Assembly (NCBI GenBank): GCA_963754655.1
Contig: CAVWGN010000001.1
Location: forward strand, 1,440,001 to 1,504,000
Length of the DNA: 64,000 bases
DNA from: an uncultured Chlamydiae bacterium
GTDB lineage: Bacteria; Chlamydiota; Chlamydiia; Chlamydiales; Parachlamydiaceae
Reading direction: 5' to 3'
This document shows positions 41,144-49,476 of this stretch, piece after piece. Every line of letters begins with the position of its first letter. Positions within the stretch are counted from its first letter, which is position 1. Under the pieces are notes generated by a model. That model did not search any database, was not told the origin of the DNA, and was given only the letters and a program-made list of their open reading frames with translations. The position numbers and the translations under genes are program-made.

Positions 41144-41305
41144 TACTCGACCACACTAGTTTTGTGTATTTAGACTGCTTCAAAGCCCCGGGGTTGAATT
41201 GGCGTAAGTGGTTCCATATTGCTAATATTGAACCACTTACGCCAATTCAACCGCGGGCGCTTTCAAGCAGTCTAAATACACAAAAGTAGTGTGGTCGAGT
41301 ACTAG
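41140..41305. repeat. Family A element, empty form (166 bp)
   Basis: ctagtactcgaccacactagttttgtg...cacaaaagtagtgtggtcgagtactag; shares its left CTAG with F; homologous to 16431-17002 minus the B insert. Confidence 0.9.
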
Positions 41306-42038
41306 CCTATGGCCGGGACTTAACAAAGAACTGTTTTGAGCTTAATATTCGTCCCGTCAATTTAACAACACCGCGCCTGTAATAGACTTTAGAGGCATAT
41401 TTCCCGAAAATGACGCGAAAAAAAATCAAGCCCAAAACAGTTCTTTGTTAAGTCCCGACCCACGGCTACTATCCATGCGCGGCTAACGCCGCTCGTCGCT
41501 GAGGGAAAGGATATGGATCAAGCAACATTGCAAAAACAAAGATAAAAATTCCGCTTACCTAGCCATATGCCGGGACTTAACAAAGAACTGTTTTGGGCTT
41601 GATGTTTTTCGCGTCATTTTCGGGAAATATGCCTCTAAAGTCTATTACAGGTGGTGTTGTTAAATTGATGCGACGAATATCAAGTCCAAAACAGTTCTTT
41701 GTTAAGTCCCGGCCCACCGTGACCGAGCCGGAGGGCGACCGAACGGTGGATCCATATCCCCTCACCTAAAGCCCAGAGCGAAGCGGCGGGCGACTGAATG
41801 CGTCGCGTAGCCTACGCTCATCTCTTACCTTAACGCATAGCGATTTAAAACCATCCCAATAAGCAAAAACTAATGTAATGGAATACTAAGTAATATTTTA
41901 ATATTAAGAAGTGTTTTAATTAAAATATAAATTATATTTTATTTTTAATAAATTATTTAAACAATCTTTAAACATTTAATTTATTATATATGAATATAGA
42001 TGTTTTAAATTAAAAATATAAGGGAGAAGTATAAAAAC

Positions 42039-43226
42039 ATGAATAATGATGTAAATATAAAGAGTCTTTACGATGGGTTAGCCTCCTATACCTCTCATCT
42101 TTATGAGATTGGTCAGATTCGAGAAAACTCTTATGCGCATTACAGCAGTGAAGGGCATTTTATCAACACAGGAGGGACATGGTCTGCTTATGGGGTTCAA
42201 AAGCTAGCAAATCTTATGAAAGGGCATTCAGAAGAGGAATTAGTGACTCAGATTGAATATTTCACTAATCAACTATTTGTGAAAATGAGTCGGGACCTTA
42301 CTTTAGCAACGACAAATGATAAGAATGTCACACTTCAAACAGAATTGATCATGGAAATGCGCATTTTATCCGAGCGTATAGAGCAAGCGATCAATGGAAT
42401 AGACAATAGTGGAGGACTCCAAGGTTTAATAAAAACCTATCAAAAAAATCCTTCGTTTGTCAATAGAATCAATCAAGTCATTAAGGAATTAAAAGTGCAT
42501 CAACAGATGGGTGTAGATATAGCAGAAGAACGTCTTAATGATATTTTCGATAATCAGCCTCAAGAACTTGAAAAAGCGGTTGTCGGCGATGCCAATAAGT
42601 TTTATGAGATGCTTCAAGAAGAAAATTTTTTGTTGCCAGCTGAAAGTGTGGGGATTTTGAAATATGCGCTTAATTATACAGGGGCTCTTTATTTTAATAT
42701 TATACAGAATACATACAAAAATTATGATTGGTCAAATAAAATTGGTCATTTTGAAAATGCCGATTTAATCTTAGGAGCCTTGCCTATTCAATCCGCAAAA
42801 TATGATTCGTTAGCTGAAATGAAAGGCCAAAATATTGAGGCGGTGCTCTCTGTTATTGAGGCTTTTGAAAATCGAAGTTTTGGAAAAGTGGTAAAGCCTA
42901 TCACACCTGAGCAGCTTTCAGAGGTAGGAATCAAACAGGTTCAATTATTATCTCCTGATTTTGAGACACTTCCCTTAGAGCTTGTGGAGCGAGGCGTTCA
43001 GTTCATTCACGATAATTTAGCCAACGGAAAAAATGTGTACGTTCATTGTAAAGCAGGAAGAGGGCGGAGTGCTCTTGTGGTAATGTGTTACCTTATTAAG
43101 CACCAACAGATGTCTGCTCAACAGGCGTTTGCTTTAGTTAGAAAACAGCGTCCACAAGCAGGTTTTAGAGAAAGTGAGTCTAAATATACCACTTTGCTGG
43201 AATATGAAGCAAAGTACGCTGTATAA
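42039..43226 (+). CDS. Dual-specificity (PTPMT1-like) phosphatase with N-terminal extension
   Basis: P-loop VYVHCKAGRGRSA, LILGALP, PDF acid loop, VRKQRP. Confidence 0.85.
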   Translation: MNNDVNIKSLYDGLASYTSHLYEIGQIRENSYAHYSSEGHFINTGGTWSAYGVQKLANLMKGHSEEELVTQIEYFTNQLFVKMSRDLTLATTNDKNVTLQTELIMEMRILSERIEQAINGIDNSGGLQGLIKTYQKNPSFVNRINQVIKELKVHQQMGVDIAEERLNDIFDNQPQELEKAVVGDANKFYEMLQEENFLLPAESVGILKYALNYTGALYFNIIQNTYKNYDWSNKIGHFENADLILGALPIQSAKYDSLAEMKGQNIEAVLSVIEAFENRSFGKVVKPITPEQLSEVGIKQVQLLSPDFETLPLELVERGVQFIHDNLANGKNVYVHCKAGRGRSALVVMCYLIKHQQMSAQQAFALVRKQRPQAGFRESESKYTTLLEYEAKYAV

Positions 43227-43235
43227 CCATAAAAA

Positions 43236-43366
43236 CTAATACTTGTTTACATGAGTGTTTGCCTATTAGGATGTTTTTAACTCCCTATGCGTTAAGTGAA
43301 GGGATGAGCGTAGGTTAAGGGACGCCTGAAGGCGTCCCTTAACTTAGCATCATTTCTTAGCTTAAA
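43236..43366. repeat. Degenerate family G copy
   Basis: ctaatact..acatgagtgtttgcctattaggatg..ctatgcgttaag..gatgagcgtagg matches the 39938 arm; central hairpin ttaagggacgcc-tgaa-ggcgtcccttaa. Confidence 0.75.
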
Positions 43367-43383
43367 TTCAATACTTCATGAAA

Positions 43384-45294
43384 TTATTTTGCATGCCACT
43401 TTAAGAGCCTTAAACTAATCAGAATCACAATCAGAGTGACCCCAACATCGGCAAAGATGGCTGAAGCTAAATTGCTGATTCCTAATAGGGCAAGTGCGAT
43501 AAAGATAAACTTAATGGTAATGGCTAAGCCAATATTGAATCGAATTGTTTGAAGGGTTTTTCTTCCCAGTTTGATGAGAAAGGGAATAACATCCAAACGA
43601 TCGCTAAGAATGACAATGGAGGCTGCCTCAATTGCCGTATCGCTACCAAGCGAGCCAATGGTGATACCTACGTTAGATAACGCCAAAGCCGGTGCATCGT
43701 TAACTCCATCTCCCACCATAGCTACTGTTTGATACTTCGTTAGGAGCTCTCGAATCATGGCCGCTTTATCCTCAGGAAGAAGCTCTGCTTTTACTTCTTT
43801 AATTCCGAGTTCGCGCGCAACAATTTGAGCGGGTGCATGATGATCTCCGGTCAACAAGATAGGTTGAATACCAAGTGTTTTCAATCCCTGAATGAGCTGT
43901 AGGCTTTCTGGACGGATCTCATCGGTTAAGGCAATCACCCCTTCGACTTGACGATGAGTGGCAATGACCACTGCCGTTTTTCCTTGCTTTAATAGCCTTT
44001 CTACCTCATCGATGATCGTTTGCGGTACGGGATGTTCTTCTAAAATGAATGGCAGTTTTCCCAAGCAATGATGCCGGTCTGAGCATACAAGACAGTCTGC
44101 TTGCGCTCCTTTGCCTAGGATACTTTTAAAATTTTCAACAGCATGAATAGAGAGGTTGTCTTTCTTCGCTGCCTCAACAATGCTTTGGGCTAAAGGATGT
44201 TCTGAAAAAATTTCAATTCCAGCTGCACATTCCAATAAATGCTCCTTCGAACTATAACCATAAGGAATGACATCGCTGACAATTGGACGTCCATAAGTCA
44301 GAGTGCGTGTTTTATCTAATGCAATGGCTTTGATTTGTCCGATAGCCTCTAAATACTTGCCGCCTTTAATTAATGCTCCCTGTTTTGAGGCATTTCCAAG
44401 AGCAGAGTAAATGGAAACGGGAGTAGAAATAACTAAGGCACAGGGACACGCAATGACAATTAACGCAAGTCCTTTTGCAAGCCAAGGATCCAAAGGATAA
44501 CCTAAAAAGACCGTCGGAACAAACACCCATAGAAAAGCCAAAATAATTACTGAAGGCGTATAATATTGAGAAAATTTTTCAATGAATTTTTGAGTGGGTG
44601 CCTTGACCTGAGTGGCGTGAAAGGTTAGCTCTTTGATTTTAGCAAATGTCGTATTTTGAGCGGTCTTTAATACCTCGACTTCTAAATAACCTTGCTTATT
44701 CAAAGTGCCCGCATAGACAAGATCACCTTCAAATTTTTCTTGGGGAATAGGCTCTCCAGTAATCGATGATTCATCGATGAAAGAGAACCCTATGGCTATC
44801 TTGCCATCTAATGCAATCATTTCGCCTGGTTTTATCAGAATTAGGTCGCCTACTTTGACTTCATTGATAGGCACTGGTTGATCTTGTCCTTTTAAAAGGA
44901 CAAATTTAGGCATTTTTTCTAAAAGCGTTCCTAAAGCAGACTGACTTTTTTCAATTCCAATATCCTCTAGCTTCTCAGCTAAAGTATAAAGAACAATAAC
45001 GACCGCCGCTTCTTCATATTGACCTAAATACCATGCACCAGCAACTGCAATCAGCATGAGGGCATTAATGCTTTTAAAATTGAGTGTCAATAATGCTTTT
45101 AGCCCATGCCAGAGAGTTTGATAGCCAATGGCTAAGGTAAAAATGAGGAAGAAGGGGATTTCGACCGGATGTGGTAAGCGAATTCCTGCCAAGGAGAGAA
45201 ATTCTAATACCCCCACAACGAGGGTTGCAAAAATCACCCATAAAAATTTTGAATCTTGCCACATGCAAAAAAAATCCTCCGCTATCGATATCAT
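43384..45294 (-). CDS. Heavy-metal P1B-type ATPase (Zn/Cd CadA/ZntA-like)
   Basis: ITGE, CPCALVISTP, DKTRTLT, SEHPLA, LTGD, VGDGVNDAPAL, ADVG. Confidence 0.9.
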   Translation of the reverse strand: MISIAEDFFCMWQDSKFLWVIFATLVVGVLEFLSLAGIRLPHPVEIPFFLIFTLAIGYQTLWHGLKALLTLNFKSINALMLIAVAGAWYLGQYEEAAVVIVLYTLAEKLEDIGIEKSQSALGTLLEKMPKFVLLKGQDQPVPINEVKVGDLILIKPGEMIALDGKIAIGFSFIDESSITGEPIPQEKFEGDLVYAGTLNKQGYLEVEVLKTAQNTTFAKIKELTFHATQVKAPTQKFIEKFSQYYTPSVIILAFLWVFVPTVFLGYPLDPWLAKGLALIVIACPCALVISTPVSIYSALGNASKQGALIKGGKYLEAIGQIKAIALDKTRTLTYGRPIVSDVIPYGYSSKEHLLECAAGIEIFSEHPLAQSIVEAAKKDNLSIHAVENFKSILGKGAQADCLVCSDRHHCLGKLPFILEEHPVPQTIIDEVERLLKQGKTAVVIATHRQVEGVIALTDEIRPESLQLIQGLKTLGIQPILLTGDHHAPAQIVARELGIKEVKAELLPEDKAAMIRELLTKYQTVAMVGDGVNDAPALALSNVGITIGSLGSDTAIEAASIVILSDRLDVIPFLIKLGRKTLQTIRFNIGLAITIKFIFIALALLGISNLASAIFADVGVTLIVILISLRLLKWHAK

Positions 45295-45358
45295 TTTTAC
45301 TTAATTAACAAATTAATTTAAAAAATTCATCTTAAAAGCTGAAATAAGTAAAAAAGAC

Positions 45359-45387
45359 TTGAAATTCTGCTTGTAGTCAATTATTCT
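45359..45387 (+). promoter_or_regulatory. Putative sigma-70-type promoter of tpiA-secG
   Basis: TTGAAA-N17-TATTCT. Confidence 0.4.
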
Positions 45388-45420
45388 TATTCATTAAATG
45401 TCTCTAACAGAAGGTGCTCT

Positions 45421-46206
45421 ATGACGGCCAATCGACCTTATGTCCTGATAGGAAATTGGAAAATGCACAAGACAGTTGAAGAAGCGCGCACTTTTGTCAA
45501 AAATTTGCTTACATCTTTTCATCCATTGGAGACCGAAATCATAGGTTTAGCGGTTCCTTATACCGTTATTTATCCTCTTTCGCAAGAGGTAAAAGAAACT
45601 TCCGTTTTGATTGGTGCTCAAAATATGAATGATGCCTCTGAAGGCGCTTTTACAGGAGAGGTTGCTGGCACAATGCTTAAAGATGCAGGCGCTCAATTTG
45701 TGTTGCTTGGACATTCTGAACGCCGTCATCTCTACGGGGAAAGTGATACTTTCATTAATCGCAAGGTGAAACGAGCAATTGAAGTGGGAATCCAACCTGT
45801 TTTATGTGTTGGAGAAACCCATGCGGAATATGAAAGCGGCCAAACACATGCGGTTATTGAAAGGCAACTGACAGAGGGGTTAAAAGATCTTCAGCCTCAG
45901 CAGCTGCAAAAACTGATTGTGGCTTATGAGCCTGTATGGGCGATCGGCAATGGTCATAGCGCCACGCCAGAAATTGCACAGGAAGTGCAACATTTTTGTC
46001 GATACATTCTGGCCAAGATTTTGACAGAAGAAGTGGCTCAGCAAATTGTGATTCAATATGGGGGATCAGTTAATCCCTCTAATGCCCAAGAGTTGCTTGC
46101 TCAGCCCGACATTGATGGGTTACTTATTGGGGGAGCGTCACTTTCTCTTGAATCTTTTCTTCAAATCGTGAATGATAGATATTCAAAAATCAATCAATTA
46201 GGTTAA
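45421..46206 (+). CDS. tpiA: Triosephosphate isomerase
   Basis: GNWKMH, GAFTGE, GHSERR, AYEPVWAIG, YGGSV, GGASL. Confidence 0.98.
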   Translation: MTANRPYVLIGNWKMHKTVEEARTFVKNLLTSFHPLETEIIGLAVPYTVIYPLSQEVKETSVLIGAQNMNDASEGAFTGEVAGTMLKDAGAQFVLLGHSERRHLYGESDTFINRKVKRAIEVGIQPVLCVGETHAEYESGQTHAVIERQLTEGLKDLQPQQLQKLIVAYEPVWAIGNGHSATPEIAQEVQHFCRYILAKILTEEVAQQIVIQYGGSVNPSNAQELLAQPDIDGLLIGGASLSLESFLQIVNDRYSKINQLG

Positions 46207-46211
46207 ATAAT

Positions 46212-46502
46212 ATGACGTTTCTTTATTTTTTTACGATTGCTCTCTTTATGATTTTATGCGTTTTATTATGTGCTGTCATTCTTATGCAAGAGAGTAAAAG
46301 TTCTGGTTTAGGCGCCTCTTTTGGGGGAGAAGCAAGCGAATCCTTATTTGGAACTTCGACTGCAGATGTCTTAAAGCGCTTTACAGCTTGGCTCGCTTTT
46401 ATTTTTCTTGTGGCTTGCATTCTTTTATCTTTATGGACCTCTGTTTTGGGTCGTTCAAAAACAACAGCGCCTGCCTTTACAATGGAGCACATCGAATCTT
46501 AA
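46212..46502 (+). CDS. secG: Preprotein translocase subunit SecG
   Basis: TM-ILMQESKSSGLGASFGG...L.RFT-TM; follows tpiA. Confidence 0.92.
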   Translation: MTFLYFFTIALFMILCVLLCAVILMQESKSSGLGASFGGEASESLFGTSTADVLKRFTAWLAFIFLVACILLSLWTSVLGRSKTTAPAFTMEHIES

Positions 46503-46570
46503 TTTTTAGCTTTCCTTTCCGCAAACGCGCCCTAAGGCGTGTCTTAAAAACGCTAGTATTCTAACGAAGG

Positions 46571-46600
46571 GTGAACCGCAAAATTATCTTTGCGGTTCAC
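46571..46600. terminator. Hairpin between convergent genes
   Basis: gtgaaccgcaaa-attatc-tttgcggttcac followed by T-rich sequence. Confidence 0.65.
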
Positions 46601-46667
46601 TTTAGGCTTTTTGCATTTGAATTGACTTTGCAATGACATGAGACAAGCTCAAGGAAAAGATGTGTTG

Positions 46668-48563
46668 TCACATGTATAACATAAATGTATACAAGTCTTT
46701 TATGAAAACATTCAACGTGCTTTGATTTAATAGGAAGTAATCATCTCCAGCAGCGTTATGATAAAGAGTCGCTTCCCACTTGCCTTTTGATTTTAATTCA
46801 TCGATAATTTTGCCTTGTTCATCGGCTAGGAATTTCTCGAGAGTGCGTCCGTTAACTGCATAGTCGCCAGTTAGAGAGCTCATTAATGAATCTCGCGTAA
46901 ACGCTTCTTTTACTACCGTCTTAGGATCTTTCTTTTGCAAGTCTGCCCCGAAGACTCCTTTGGCAAGTTTACGACGAACATCTTCTTCCGGATCTGTTAC
47001 CTCACCATCAAGCTTCGCACTCCATGTATGATAAAAGTTCATAAATGTTCTAGCTTTATCATTGAAGCACATATCAGAAAGACCTTTATCAAAAAACTCA
47101 TCAAAGAATTCTTTTGGCAATTTGCCATGATTCTGCTCCTTGCTGCGATAGGCCAATTCTGCTAACAAGAGGGGCATTCTCAATGTTGCGAGCAAAACGA
47201 TATCAGGATTGGGAACATTAACGTAATAATAGGTCTTCATTGTTTTAGGAGCTTCCCGTTTCCATATTCCATGATTAGAACGATCCAGATGATCCATTGA
47301 GGTATGAATATAGTCCATCGAAGATTTTGGAAGGTCTAACTTGCGGTTAGGAAACTGCCTTGCGACTTCATCTGCAGTCAGTTCGCCTCTTCCAGATTTT
47401 TTGAGGCCGCAGATTTTGCCAAAATTGATAATCATTTGTTCAGCTTGTTTAAGGGCTTCCGTATCGTTAATTGCATCGATTTCTGTGTCTAAATCGACGA
47501 CATTGCCTGTATAATATTTAAACGCTTTTAAGCCTTCATTATAATTATAATGATGTTCTCCACCTAAAAATTGTTGCTTGCGGAAATCATCAATGATACG
47601 AGGACCATGTTTAAAGAGGTTGCGAATCCCGACTAAACTGAGATATTTGCGTTCTTCTGTACTTTGGAAACCTTGGACATTGGCAAAATATTCAGGAACT
47701 TGTTCACCATACTTGATTTTTTGAAGAAACGGATTTCTTCTCTCAAATTCTACTACCATTTCGTCAAGTAATTGTCGAATTTGATTTTCCATTTTAGAGT
47801 CTATAACTGATAAAGCGTCGACTGCAGAAAAAGAGGGATTGGTAAAGATATTTTCTGAGATTTCAGCACAAGCTTTTTCAATTTTATTAAATGGCGATAA
47901 CGGCAATTGAAGTGCTTCACCCCCTTGCTTAGCAGCCCCTATCTCTTGAGCTTTTTTCGCGGGGCTTTCATCACTTAAGTCAATCTCTACTGGCTTAGGC
48001 GACTCAATAATATCTTTAGGTTTCAGCGGAGAGAGAGGAGATTTTTTAACTTCTCTATCATACTGTTGTTGTAATCTCTTTGCTATCTCCTCATCATTTT
48101 CAGTTGGGGTATTGTCTTGGTCAAGATCATCTTCATCCATCATCTGTTGTTGCAATTCTTTCGCTATCTCCTCATCGCTTTTTGGATGCATGTTTTTCTT
48201 TTTTTGATCATGACTGTTGATTAGATCTTTTTTGTTGTCGTTACCCTCTTGATCCAAATCCTTTACGCTCTTTTGAGGAGAAGCTTTCTTGCCTTGATTT
48301 TGATTTAAAGGAGAATCTGGCTTTTGATTAGGGTTGTTTTTAATAGGCTGTGGAGCAAGATGAGGAGGAATAACAGCTTCATCAGGAGATAATACCGTTG
48401 CCTTATAACGGCGATAAATCAAATAAATAACTGTTAATGCACTAAAAATTGCAATGGTAACAGCCGCAATTTTTACATATTTTTCAGTTGATTCTGAAAA
48501 ATATTTCATTGGGATAGGACTGTTTTTAATAGAATGTAAGCTTGAATTAATAAATGTAAACAT
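46668..48563 (-). CDS. Membrane-anchored hypothetical protein with two MIU/UIM-like motifs
   Basis: One TM segment, a disordered linker, SDEEIAKELQQQ and NDEEIAKRLQQQ, then a globular C-terminal region. Start uncertain. Confidence 0.75.
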   Translation of the reverse strand: MFTFINSSLHSIKNSPIPMKYFSESTEKYVKIAAVTIAIFSALTVIYLIYRRYKATVLSPDEAVIPPHLAPQPIKNNPNQKPDSPLNQNQGKKASPQKSVKDLDQEGNDNKKDLINSHDQKKKNMHPKSDEEIAKELQQQMMDEDDLDQDNTPTENDEEIAKRLQQQYDREVKKSPLSPLKPKDIIESPKPVEIDLSDESPAKKAQEIGAAKQGGEALQLPLSPFNKIEKACAEISENIFTNPSFSAVDALSVIDSKMENQIRQLLDEMVVEFERRNPFLQKIKYGEQVPEYFANVQGFQSTEERKYLSLVGIRNLFKHGPRIIDDFRKQQFLGGEHHYNYNEGLKAFKYYTGNVVDLDTEIDAINDTEALKQAEQMIINFGKICGLKKSGRGELTADEVARQFPNRKLDLPKSSMDYIHTSMDHLDRSNHGIWKREAPKTMKTYYYVNVPNPDIVLLATLRMPLLLAELAYRSKEQNHGKLPKEFFDEFFDKGLSDMCFNDKARTFMNFYHTWSAKLDGEVTDPEEDVRRKLAKGVFGADLQKKDPKTVVKEAFTRDSLMSSLTGDYAVNGRTLEKFLADEQGKIIDELKSKGKWEATLYHNAAGDDYFLLNQSTLNVFIKDLYTFMLYM

Positions 48564-48821
48564 AAACCAAATAAAGTTAATTAAGTTAATAGTAAAATTT
48601 GCTGAAATTATCATCAAAATTCGGTTTTTTTTTATTTTAAAATCTCATGTTAATAAGAGTAATTAAAGCCGAAAATAACCAAATTTATGAAATGATTGCT
48701 CCTATTTTGAAATATATCCATTAAAAAATAACAAAAATTGGATTTAATTTCATCTAAATTAAAAGATTCTTAAAAGAATGCGTAAAAAGTTTAGGCAGAT
48801 TGATAGAAAAGGAAGACATTT

Positions 48822-49355
48822 TTAATTTTGCTGACTATATTTTTTTTTAATTTCTCGGAGATAGCCTTCAATCTCTTTTTTCCTGCGAGGAGGGAGACGA
48901 TCAATATATAAGATTCCGTTGATATGATCATTTTCATGCATGATGACATGTGCATCAAAACCTATAAATGATTCTTCAAATTCTTTTCCTTCTAAATCAG
49001 TGGCTTGAATGGTGACTTTCAAAGGACGGACAACTGTTTCGCGCAGCCCCGGAATGGAAAGACAGCCTTCCTGACAAGGCCATACTTCTTGGCTATAAGA
49101 GACAATTTTGGGATTAATAAAGACACGCAGTTCCCCTGGTAATACTGTATCTTCATCGACATAACGAGGAATACAAGTAATAAAAAGGAGAAGAGATTGA
49201 TGAACTTGAGGAGCTGCCAAGCCACAACCATTATGTGCTTCCATGGTTTCTGCCATGTCCCTGACAAGTTGATGAATGCTCTTATCAATATGGACAATAG
49301 GCAGACCTTTTTTACGTAGAATGGAGTTCCCATAATAAGCTAAGGGAAGTTTCAT
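48822..49355 (-). CDS. def: Peptide deformylase
   Basis: GCGLAAPQ, EGCLSIP, HENDHING. ATG at 49355. Confidence 0.97.
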   Translation of the reverse strand: MKLPLAYYGNSILRKKGLPIVHIDKSIHQLVRDMAETMEAHNGCGLAAPQVHQSLLLFITCIPRYVDEDTVLPGELRVFINPKIVSYSQEVWPCQEGCLSIPGLRETVVRPLKVTIQATDLEGKEFEESFIGFDAHVIMHENDHINGILYIDRLPPRRKKEIEGYLREIKKKYSQQN

Positions 49356-49476
49356 AAATTTGCTTTTAATAAAAAAAAATAATTGATGTAAGTTTACTTT
49401 AATTATAACAAGCAAATGCTTATAAAGACAAGGACCTCTTACAATGAAAGTAGAGCCAACGTGTTAAGAGCTTTTC

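Larger units (their letters stand above)
40660..41457. mobile_element. Composite unit 2 (E-F-A-E), nested inside unit 1
   Basis: Exact 9-bp direct repeat acccacggc at 40651-40659 and 41458-41466; the interrupted F arm resumes after it. Confidence 0.8.
40251..41711. mobile_element. Composite unit 1, bounded by family E ends
   Basis: Starts cgggacttaac, ends gttaagtcccg; exact 9-bp direct repeat gcccaccgt at 40242-40250 and 41712-41720. Confidence 0.8.
39938..41889. mobile_element. Nested array of non-autonomous palindromic elements; outer element is family G
   Basis: About 180-bp inverted arms (39938-40116 / 41712-41889) enclose D (40116-40242), four E copies, two F copies and one A copy; no coding capacity. 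Confidence 0.9.

Noticed and set aside
40181..41765. Short ORFs 40181-40399, 40966-41289 and 41577-41765 (also 1540-1731)
   Set aside because: They lie entirely within GC-rich repeat elements, cross element boundaries and show no transposase motifs.
39938..41889. CRISPR array or integron cassette array
   Set aside because: The repeats are 140-400 bp, inverted and nested, and the intervening sequences are themselves repeats rather than unique spacers. No cas or intI gene and no cassette ORFs are present.
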